This document shows positions 56,569 to 64,000 of a stretch of DNA of 64,000 nt, piece by piece. This DNA is from Candidatus Marinacidobacterales bacterium (GTDB lineage: Bacteria > Acidobacteriota > Vicinamibacteria > Marinacidobacterales > DATDRI01). A program made the translations under genes and the position numbers. The notes beneath the pieces were generated by a model that was given only the letters and a program-made list of their open reading frames with translations, had not been told where the DNA came from and searched no databases. The stretch spans positions 4,000,001 to 4,064,000 of the forward strand of contig CBDCNP010000002.1 in the NCBI GenBank assembly GCA_965219415.1, given 5' to 3'. The number at the start of each line of letters is the position of its first letter. Position 1 is the stretch's first letter.

Positions 56569-57582
56569 ATGAGACTCGTACGGCAGGCATCGCGGCGGTT
56601 GGCCCTCGCGCTCATCGTCGTCTGGGGTGTCACGCTGGTCACCTTCGTCGTCGCCCGACTGCTTCCCGGCAATCCCGTCTACCTCATCGTAGGGAACCGT
56701 GCCGACCAGGCCACGATTGAAGAAGCGATGGCCAAGTACGGATTCGATAAGCCGATTGTCGAACAGTACTTCATCTACATGGGAGGGCTCCTGCGTGGCG
56801 ACCTGGGCGACGCGTGGACGACATCCAACCCAGTCACGACGGATATCTATGAGCGCTTCCCGGCCACGCTCGAGCTGGCCTTGGTCTCGTTCGTCCTGGC
56901 GATTCTGATTGCCGTGCCACTCGGTTCGGTGGCGGCCCTCGAGCCGCGGACCCGATGGGATCGCTTTGCTCGCGTCGTCTCCACCGGCGGCGTGGCGGTG
57001 CCTCAGTTTTGGTTGGGGTTGATGTTGATCTATGTCTTTTTCTTCAAGCTTCAACTCTTCCCGCCCCCGATGGGTCGGTTGCCTCTGGCGACGTTTCCCC
57101 CACGTTTCACCGGGCTCCTACTCGTCGACACTTTGGTGGCGGGAGACCTCGCGCTCTTCCGGTTGGCGGCCCGAACGCTGTTTCTGCCGAGCCTTACGCT
57201 GGCGCTCGCGGTCCAGGCTCCCATCTTGAACCAGATCCGTGTCAGCCTAAGAGCAGCGCTCGACTCTCAGCCCATACTCGCCTCGCGGGCGTTGGGACTC
57301 CCGCGCCGTGAATGGATCTTTCGCGCCTTTTGGCTGGGGTTTTTGCCGGTGCTCAATATGGTCGGCATCTCGCTCGGGTTCTTGCTCGGTGGGACGGTCC
57401 TCGTGGAGAGCGTTTTCTCGTGGCCGGGCATGGGGCTCTACGCTCTGCAGGCTATGAACGCGAGTGACTACGCCGCGGTTCAAGGGGTGGTCTTGGTCAG
57501 CGCGCTCATCTACGTCACCGTTTATCTGGTGCTCGATTTACTGCAGCTTCTTATCGATCCCAGGACTCGAGCGGAGCCATGA
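56569..57582 (+). CDS. dppB: Dpp/Opp-type ABC permease
   Basis: LPGNP, GFDKPIVEQY, GDLG, RFPATLEL, VESVFSWPGMG. Symbol is family-level. Confidence 0.88.
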   Translation: MRLVRQASRRLALALIVVWGVTLVTFVVARLLPGNPVYLIVGNRADQATIEEAMAKYGFDKPIVEQYFIYMGGLLRGDLGDAWTTSNPVTTDIYERFPATLELALVSFVLAILIAVPLGSVAALEPRTRWDRFARVVSTGGVAVPQFWLGLMLIYVFFFKLQLFPPPMGRLPLATFPPRFTGLLLVDTLVAGDLALFRLAARTLFLPSLTLALAVQAPILNQIRVSLRAALDSQPILASRALGLPRREWIFRAFWLGFLPVLNMVGISLGFLLGGTVLVESVFSWPGMGLYALQAMNASDYAAVQGVVLVSALIYVTVYLVLDLLQLLIDPRTRAEP

Positions 57583-58418
57583 ACGAGTCGGAATCGCCAC
57601 GGGAGAGAGGTCTGGTGCGTCAGCTCCTCGCATCCCGATCGGTGTGGCTCTTGAGTTTCTTGTTCTTGTCGGCGATTTTCGGTCCGCTCTTCATGAGTCA
57701 TGACCCCGTCGGTCTCGACTCGGCGAAGCGTTTGCTGCCGCCATCCACTCAAAACTGGTTCGGGACCGATGGGTTCGGGATGGACATCTTCACTCGCATT
57801 CTTTACGGAGCTCGGACCGATCTGCTCCTCGCGTTTTCCGCTGCGGGTTTGGCAATGGCGTTCGGGTCCATTCTCGGGGCGCTGAGCGGCTATATCGGGG
57901 GTTGGCCAGACAACGTGCTTCAGAGAATGACCGAGATCATCCAATCCTTTCCAGTCGTTCTTTTTGCTATGGCCGTCCTCACCGCCCTCGGCGTCACCTT
58001 GACCAACTTGGTGGTGGTCATTGCGGTGATCAACATACCGGTCTACGTGAAGATCGTGCGAAGCGTGGTGATGCCTATGCGATCCGCGGAGTTCGTCGAA
58101 GCCGCGAGGGCCGCCGGGCACGGAACGCCGGCCATCGTCTTTCGTCACATCCTGCCCAATACCGTGGGCCCGGTCATGGCCCAGTTTTCGATCAATTGCG
58201 CCTGGTCGATTCAGATCATCGCCGGACTTTCATTCCTGGGCCTGGGAGTGAGGGTTCCGGAGCCGGAATGGGGACTCATGGTCCAGCAAGGCGCCAACTA
58301 CATCGTGACCGGTCAGTGGTGGGTCTCGTTCTTTCCCGGCATCGCGATTGTGATCGGCGTCTACGCCTTTCAGGTCTTGGGCGATCGCATTCATGCCGTG
58401 GTGGATAGGGAAGCATGA
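57579..58418 (+). CDS. dppC: Dpp/Opp-type ABC permease
   Basis: FGTDGFGMDIFTRILYGAR, EFVEAARAAG, HILPN, LSFLGLG..PEWG. Symbol is family-level. Confidence 0.9.
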   Translation: MNESESPRERGLVRQLLASRSVWLLSFLFLSAIFGPLFMSHDPVGLDSAKRLLPPSTQNWFGTDGFGMDIFTRILYGARTDLLLAFSAAGLAMAFGSILGALSGYIGGWPDNVLQRMTEIIQSFPVVLFAMAVLTALGVTLTNLVVVIAVINIPVYVKIVRSVVMPMRSAEFVEAARAAGHGTPAIVFRHILPNTVGPVMAQFSINCAWSIQIIAGLSFLGLGVRVPEPEWGLMVQQGANYIVTGQWWVSFFPGIAIVIGVYAFQVLGDRIHAVVDREA

Positions 58419-59374
58419 GCCTTCGAATCCGGGAGCTACGAGTGGAGCTTGGCGAAGGGAGTCACCCGGTCCAAGTGTTGCGGGGCGTCGATCTCGAGCT
58501 TGCTCCGGGAAAGGTGACGGGACTCGTCGGAGAAACTGGCTCCGGCAAGAGCATGACTGCGCTCGCCGCCCTGGGGCTTCTCCCTCCGAACGGACGAATC
58601 GTTTCCGGGAAGATTCGCCTGGACCGCCGTGACTTGCTGACGTTCACCGAAGACGACTGGGAAGGCGTCCGGGGACGGGAGCTCGCGATCATCTTCCAGA
58701 ACGCGAAGGAAGCACTCCATCCTCTCATTCCCATCGGAAGACAGATCGCACGACTTCACCAGAGGCACCATGGGAGTAGCGGAGCGGAAGCTCTAGATTC
58801 CGCCATAAAGATGTTGCGGGAGGTCGGACTCTCCGATGCCGAAGAGCACCTCGATGCCTTCCCTCACCAACTCTCTGGCGGACAGTGCCAGCGGGTCATG
58901 AATGCGATGGCTCTCATTTGCTCGCCCCGTGTTCTCATCGCCGACGAGCCCACCTCGGGCTTGGACGTGACCGTACAGCAGCAGGTGCTCGCCAAGCTGC
59001 TCGAGCGTGTACGCGAGGCCGAAACGACAGTGCTCTTGATCTCGCACGACATGGGTCTCATCCGAAAGGCCTGCGATTTCTTGGCGGTCATGTACGCTGG
59101 TCAAGTCGTGGAGTTCGGGTCCCGCGAGCAGGTTTTGGGAGGCCCCGCCCATCCTTACACGAGAGCCCTGTTGTCCTGCCTCGATCCAAAAGCGGATCGC
59201 ATGGCGTTCGTGCCTGGGAGCGTTCCGGATCTCCGCAACCCGATCGCGGGATGTGCCTTTGCGAATCGATGTCCAGACGTGATGGACGAATGCCGATCCT
59301 TTGAGCCGTTGCCCTACGAGATTCACATCGGCCAATGGGTGCGCTGTCTGCTCCACCGAGAGAAAACGATTTAG
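58415..59374 (+). CDS. dppD: Dpp/Opp-type ABC ATPase
   Basis: GETGSGKS, LSGGQCQR, IADEPT, HPYT, Cys-rich C-terminus. Symbol is family-level. Confidence 0.9.
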   Translation: MSLRIRELRVELGEGSHPVQVLRGVDLELAPGKVTGLVGETGSGKSMTALAALGLLPPNGRIVSGKIRLDRRDLLTFTEDDWEGVRGRELAIIFQNAKEALHPLIPIGRQIARLHQRHHGSSGAEALDSAIKMLREVGLSDAEEHLDAFPHQLSGGQCQRVMNAMALICSPRVLIADEPTSGLDVTVQQQVLAKLLERVREAETTVLLISHDMGLIRKACDFLAVMYAGQVVEFGSREQVLGGPAHPYTRALLSCLDPKADRMAFVPGSVPDLRNPIAGCAFANRCPDVMDECRSFEPLPYEIHIGQWVRCLLHREKTI

Positions 59375-59377
59375 GAC

Positions 59378-60304
59378 ATGCTCATCGAAGTCGAAGGTCT
59401 CACCAAGCGTTTCCGGCGTCACGGTTTTCTCGCCGGGCGCGATAGAGTGACTGCGGTCGATGGGGTGTCTTTCCAGATCGAGCGCGGCGAGACGCTGGGC
59501 TTGGTCGGCGAGAGTGGATGCGGCAAATCCACGGTCGGGCGGTGCTTGGTGCGTCTCCTTGAGCCGGACGAAGGGCGGATCGATTTCGACGGCGTCGAGA
59601 TTCAGAACCTCGGGACCGGAGGTCTGCGCCCGTTTAGGCGTCGCATGCAGATCGTGTTTCAGAATCCGCTGGGATCGATGAATCCCGTCTACTCTGTTGA
59701 AGGGACGTTGCGAGACTCCTTGCGTCAGCTCCCCGCGTCGGAGAGAGACGAGCGAATCGGAGATCTCCTGAGTCAAGTCGGTCTCGACCGAAGGTTCTCG
59801 CATCGGCGGAGGAGCGAGATGAGCGGGGGACAGCTTCAAAGGGTCAGCATCGCCCGCGCACTGGCCACCGATCCGGAGTTCGTCTTCTTGGACGAGCCCA
59901 CCTCGTCACTCGACCTCTCGGTACGCGGCCAAATCGTGAATCTGCTGATAGAGCTCCAAGAGAAGAAACAGCTCGCGTATCTCTTTGTTTCTCACGATCT
60001 CAGCGTCGTGCGCTTTCTGGCGCACCGAGTCTTGGTGATGTACCTCGGGCAAATCGTGGAAAGCGCTCCCACCGAGGAGATTTTTTCGAAGCCCGCGCAT
60101 CCGTATACCCAGGCGCTGCTAGCTGCGGCTGGCCTCGACGGCGGGTCGGTTCAAGGTGAAGTGACCGAGCTGGGGCGGCCCGAGAAGGGTTGCCGCTTCG
60201 CGAACCGCTGCCCCCACGTGGAGGCTCGATGCCGAGAGGAAGAACCACCCTCGTTCAAAGTTTCTGAATCTCATCAAGCCCGCTGCTGGCTGTTGGAGGT
60301 CTGA
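59378..60304 (+). CDS. dppF: Dpp/Opp-type ABC ATPase
   Basis: GESGCGKS, MSGGQLQR, LDEPT, HPYT, GCRFANRC. Symbol is family-level. Confidence 0.9.
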   Translation: MLIEVEGLTKRFRRHGFLAGRDRVTAVDGVSFQIERGETLGLVGESGCGKSTVGRCLVRLLEPDEGRIDFDGVEIQNLGTGGLRPFRRRMQIVFQNPLGSMNPVYSVEGTLRDSLRQLPASERDERIGDLLSQVGLDRRFSHRRRSEMSGGQLQRVSIARALATDPEFVFLDEPTSSLDLSVRGQIVNLLIELQEKKQLAYLFVSHDLSVVRFLAHRVLVMYLGQIVESAPTEEIFSKPAHPYTQALLAAAGLDGGSVQGEVTELGRPEKGCRFANRCPHVEARCREEEPPSFKVSESHQARCWLLEV

Positions 60305-60364
60305 CCTCTCGAGCCAATCTCCTCCGGACGAGATCCATCCCGGTGACCGTTTTCACCGCGGCCG

Positions 60365-60836
60365 CTACTGATTGACGTTGTGCATAGCCACGTACGCCCA
60401 GCCCACCGACACTCCAATGTACAACGCGATCCGCGTCTTCCGGCCCAGCTTCTTCCCAACGTAGTAGACGGCGAGAGGGGCGGCGACACTGGTGGCGATT
60501 CGTACTCCCCGATTCTGCATTAGCGGATTTGCCTCCTCTGCCCCGTCTCTCGCGAGGGCGATTTCGGTGCTGGCCAAGTCGGCAAACGAGGTGATCATTA
60601 ACGAGGCAAAAAACCCCGGCATCGGTTCCGCCTGCTTGGGGGTCTTCCTTTTCAGGAATCTCTAGAAGGATGGGCCCGCCACAGTCTTCGAGCGCCAGAC
60701 ACGGATGCTCGGCACTCAAAAAGAGCTCGATTTCTTTCGATTCAGGGTCTGTATTTTCTTCTTTCTCTTGCCTTTCGTCAGCCTGGACGGCGGCCCCCCA
60801 TAGGAGGATCGCGATATCCGCGATGATGAGTCTCAT
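60365..60836 (-). pseudogene. Exported/membrane hypothetical protein (EANPLM motif) split by a 1-nt frameshift
   Basis: The signal-peptide ORF from 60836 (AAGGA RBS) joins the 60365..60622 frame if one base of GGGGTTTTTT (60608-60617) is removed, giving 156 aa. Confidence 0.6.
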
Positions 60837-60967
60837 GATTTCGTCCTTTGGTTATCATAATGAATCCAGGACGGCTGGTTGGGGGGTGCGTCCGTTGCTT
60901 CTCGCTTTGGGGGAGCGAGGCCGGTATCGTACCCGACCCCGTTTCGTGAGGCAACTCCCCCCTCCGA

Positions 60968-60993
60968 GCGAATCTCGCCCGGGCGAGATTCGC
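60968..60993. repeat. 26-bp perfect palindrome
   Basis: GCGAATCTCGCCC|GGGCGAGATTCGC. Confidence 0.85.
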
Positions 60994-61060
60994 CTCCCTT
61001 TGACGTCAGAGCGTGTGAAAGGCTATTTTCACCATAATGAAGCTGGCTTCCTTCCTTAAA

Positions 61061-61160
61061 ACCCTCTCCCTTCCGCCTTCGCTGAAGCTTCGGCGGACCC
61101 GCCGAAGTCCTTTGGAACAAAAGCGGACGAAGGCGGGTTGGGAGAGGGTAGGGTGAGGGG
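61061..61160. repeat. Nested REP-like palindromic element
   Basis: ACCCTCTCCC..GGGAGAGGGT encloses CCGCCTTCG..CGAAGGCGG with internal hairpins. A related copy lies at 63240-63295. Confidence 0.65.
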
Positions 61161-61162
61161 TC

Positions 61163-61787
61163 GTGGCACTTAACATCGGCGAGCGTCTCGGCCCATACGA
61201 GATCCTCGAACCCATTGGTGCGGGTAGGCGTTCTTCGTTCTCGGCGAAAGCTTCCGGCAGGACTTTGATCGCGACTTCACGCCCGAGCTTTGTGTCCTTT
61301 GCGCGGTAAACTTCGCCCATTAGCCCGCTTCGAGCGAGAAGCGAAAGTCCTGGCGCAATTGAACCATCCTGGCATTGCCCACCTATATGGGCTCGAGCGA
61401 TCCGAAGGGGTCGACTACCTGGCCATGGAGCTCGTGGACGGTGACACTCTTGCCGAGCGGATTGCCCGTGGGCCGATTGCCGTCGATGAGGCACTTCCGC
61501 TTTGCCAACAGATCGCGGAAGCGCTGGAGGCTGCTCATGAAAAGGGAATCATCCATCGCGACTTGAAGCCCGCCAACATCAAGGTCAATCCCGAAGGACA
61601 AGTGAAGGTGCTCGACTTCGGACTGGCCAAGGCCTTCACGGAAGAAACGAGCGACAGTGATTCCTCTTTTTCTCCGACACTCAGCCGGGATGCGACGCGG
61701 GCGGGTGTGATTCTGAGCACCGCGGCTTACATGAGCCCGGAGCAGGCGAAAGGCAAAGCGGTTGATAAACGCACCGACATCTTTTCT
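61163..61787 (+). pseudogene. Ser/Thr protein kinase (Pkn type) pseudogene with internal inversion and IS truncation
   Basis: Plus strand [21 protein letters not shown]; inverted [22 protein letters not shown] (61227-61320); then ARFEREA, HRDLKPAN, DFG, YMSPEQ, ending at RTDIFS. Confidence 0.92.
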
Positions 61788-63171
61788 GGGTTTACGCGGA
61801 TTCGTGTGGGTAAGTTCTGACGGAAAAACAGTGTAACTCATTGTGTGGAAAAGGTATCGAGTACTTCATCAGGTGCTGAAAAGTGGTCCATTTTTAGGAT
61901 AGGCTAACCGAGTGAAAAATTCCCAGTCGATCCGCTCGCTGTTTGCGCTGCCAGGTTTCGTGGTTGGTGCCGGATTGAAGGGTCTATTCGGTGACCGATA
62001 CGCCCGTGTCATCCAGCTCAAGAGGCGAAAAAAACAGCTGTGTGCTCTTACTGTGGGCAACGGTGCCGGGGGCGCTATGACAAGCAAGTGTGCCGGGTCC
62101 GCGACCTGTCGTTGGCAGGCTGGCGGATCTATCTGGAATACGAGCGTTGGCGCGTCAACTGTTCTGGGTGCGGCGGTGTGCATGTAGAACACCTAGACTG
62201 GCTGGCGAACAACTCGCGCTACACCCAGCGTTTTGCGACGCATGTGGGCAAGCTGTGCCGGGATATGCCGAACAAGGCGGTGGCCGAGATGGAACGTCTG
62301 CACCACGGTACGGTGAAGGCTCTGGATACGCTCTACATGCAAGAGCAGGTCGACCGGGCGGGGCTACCGGCGCCTCGGGCCATCGGTGTCGATGAGATCT
62401 CCATCCGCAAGGGACATAACTATCGCGTCATTGTCAGCGACCTGGAGCGGGCGCGTCCCATCTGGGTGGGCGGTGAGGGTCGCAAAGAAACCGACATCGA
62501 TTTGTTCTTCAAGGCGCCGGGCGGAAAGAAAAGCGCCCGTATCAAGCTGGCCGCCATGGATATGTGGAAGCCCTTCCGGAACTCGGTGATTCACAACGCG
62601 CCTAATGCGCGGATCATCTTCGACAAGTTTCATATCATGCGTCATCTGTCAAAGGCCCTCGATGAGGTCCGGCGCGGTGAGTACAAACGCCTCAGCGGCA
62701 AGGACCGGTCGTACATCAAGGGGCAGCGTTACACTTTGCTTTCCCGGCGGGAGAACCTGAGCCTAGACGGTCGCCGCGCACTCAAAAAGTTGCTCCAGGC
62801 CAACCGGCGCCTGAACACCGCCTATATTTTGAAGGAGGCCTTCGGGCAACTCTGGGGTTACCGCACCGAACGCGGCGCTCGCGCCTTTTTCACTCGTTGG
62901 AAAGACAGCCTCAAATGGCAACGCCTGCATCCGTACCAGAAGTTCGCCGGTATGATTGAGTCCCATTGGGACGGTATCGCCTCCTACTGTCATCCGGAGA
63001 ACAAAGTCAGTCTCGGCCTAGTTGAAGGGGTCAACAACAAAATCCGTGTTCTGCAACGACGCGCCTACGGCTATCGCGACGAGGAATATCTCAAGCTGAA
63101 GATCGTGGCGGCTTTCCTTCCGCCATTACCCAGAAATGCAGTTTTCAACCCACACGAATCCGCGTAGACCC
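61788..63171 (+). mobile_element. ISL3 family insertion sequence, 1384 bp
   Basis: 24-bp terminal inverted repeats: GGGTTTACGCGGATTCGTGTGGGT, and right end reverse-complemented GGGTCTACGCGGATTCGTGTGGGT (23/24 match). No target duplication seen. Confidence 0.93.
61912..63167 (+). CDS. ISL3 transposase, probably made by a -1 frameshift at A7 (62028-62034)
   Basis: Zn finger CSYC..CSGC, IGVDE, MDMW, DKFH, EGVNNKI..RRAYGYR. The upstream ORF 61912 overlaps in the adjacent frame at CGA AAA AAA C. Confidence 0.9.
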
Positions 63172-63239
63172 TAAAGAACATTATAGCGCGATTCGTCCGA
63201 AGCCGTGACCGCGAGCTTCCGTAGAGCCGTGGGGCCCCC

Positions 63240-63295
63240 CCGCCTCCGCCAAGGCTATGGCGCGGTCCCGCCGAAGCGCTTCGCGCGAAGGGCGG
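63240..63295. repeat. REP-like palindrome, second copy
   Basis: CCGCCTCCGCCAAGGCTATGGCG..CCCGCCGAAG..CGAAGGGCGG, similar to 61073-61136. Confidence 0.55.
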
Positions 63296-63331
63296 ACCGC
63301 TCGCAGGCTAATCCGTTTTTCATCCGCCCTG

Positions 63332-63650
63332 CTAGCGAATCGGAGCACCGCAGGCCTCGGCGATTCTCCGAACCTGCTCTCTAAGTGTGTCCATCGTAGT
63401 TCGCCCGGTTCCTGTTTGAATCTCGCCCTCTACATCGTCCAGTGCCTGGACCACGCCCGTCCACTTCGGACTTCACGAACTCGCAGTCCGAGGCGTTGCG
63501 GATGATCTTGTTGGCGGCCGCCTCGGCTTCCTTCACGACGTCGATGTCGGAAATAGCCCCGCCGAGCTGCTCACCCAGTCCCTTTTCCCCATCACCGCAC
63601 GCGGTAGCGACGAATAGGAGACAGGCTATGACCCAAATGCCATGCTTCAT
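63332..63650 (-). pseudogene. Small lipoprotein with apparent 1-nt frameshift
   Basis: Lipobox-like ATAC. Removing one G from GACGGGCGTG (CCC at 63456-58 on the plus strand) extends the helical sequence ..EVDGVVQALDDVEGEIQT..RRIAEACGAPIR to TAG, giving 105 aa. Confidence 0.6.
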
Positions 63651-64000
63651 CTGTTTTTCCTTTCAGGGGTTGCCTAAGCAAGGATAGCATCGCCATGCCC
63701 GCCGTTGCTACACCAGGCGGGCCGCGCCTATCTATCCTCAGACACTCGACGGCTCCATCCTATTCACAAGCAACGACTTACACGAAGTGCAAACGCGTGC
63801 CGAAGACTCAGAGTCTCTCAGTTTGACGCAACCGCAAGGCATGCCCGATAATGGTTTAAATAGCTGAAAACTAACTCTCATCTCACGGATCGGTGAGCCG
63901 ATTCCGAGGGGGGCACGCTTGTGAACGCGTTCGCCGCTCCTTTCGGGGAACGGCGCTACGACACCGGTGCGACCGCGAAAACAGGGGATGTCGGATGAAG

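Noticed and set aside
63788-63803. Sigma54 promoter on the minus strand (GGCACGCGTTTGC)
   Set aside because: GG to GC spacing is 9 nt, not the required 10.
1-64000. CRISPR array, tRNA/rRNA genes, prophage or defence genes
   Set aside because: No regularly spaced repeats, RNA gene signatures, or phage/defence motifs seen by eye.

Overview
High-GC bacterial chromosomal region. The Oar-type TonB receptor, Pkn-type kinase and FG-GAP/ASPIC protein suggest Acidobacteriota (inference). About 52 kb is a dense cluster of mostly exported amide and peptide hydrolases: 8 prolidase-like amidohydrolases, a YtcJ-like enzyme, a Tat amidohydrolase_2, a D-aminoacylase, and M19, M20, 2x M28, 2x M23, 3x S9 and DUF885 proteins. 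These sit with a TonB-dependent receptor, 3 lipocalin-like proteins, 2 MFS transporters, a di-heme protein, a reductive-dehalogenase-like Fe-S protein, hydantoinase/oxoprolinase A+B and a Dpp/Opp ABC system. Many hydrolases have non-canonical metal or catalytic residues. The most striking signal is an in-frame UGA (32823-32825, minus strand) followed by an fdhF-like SECIS hairpin. It joins two ORFs into a candidate 1221-aa exported selenoprotein (FG-GAP / ASPIC-UnbV / CxxC redoxin / TPR). Other oddities: a 572-bp direct repeat bracketing a low-GC M23 insert, an amber stop just before the last strand of an amidohydrolase, a 94-bp micro-inversion in a kinase pseudogene truncated by an ISL3 element, an attC-like remnant and two single-base frameshifts. 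All calls come from manual reading of motifs; no searches were run.
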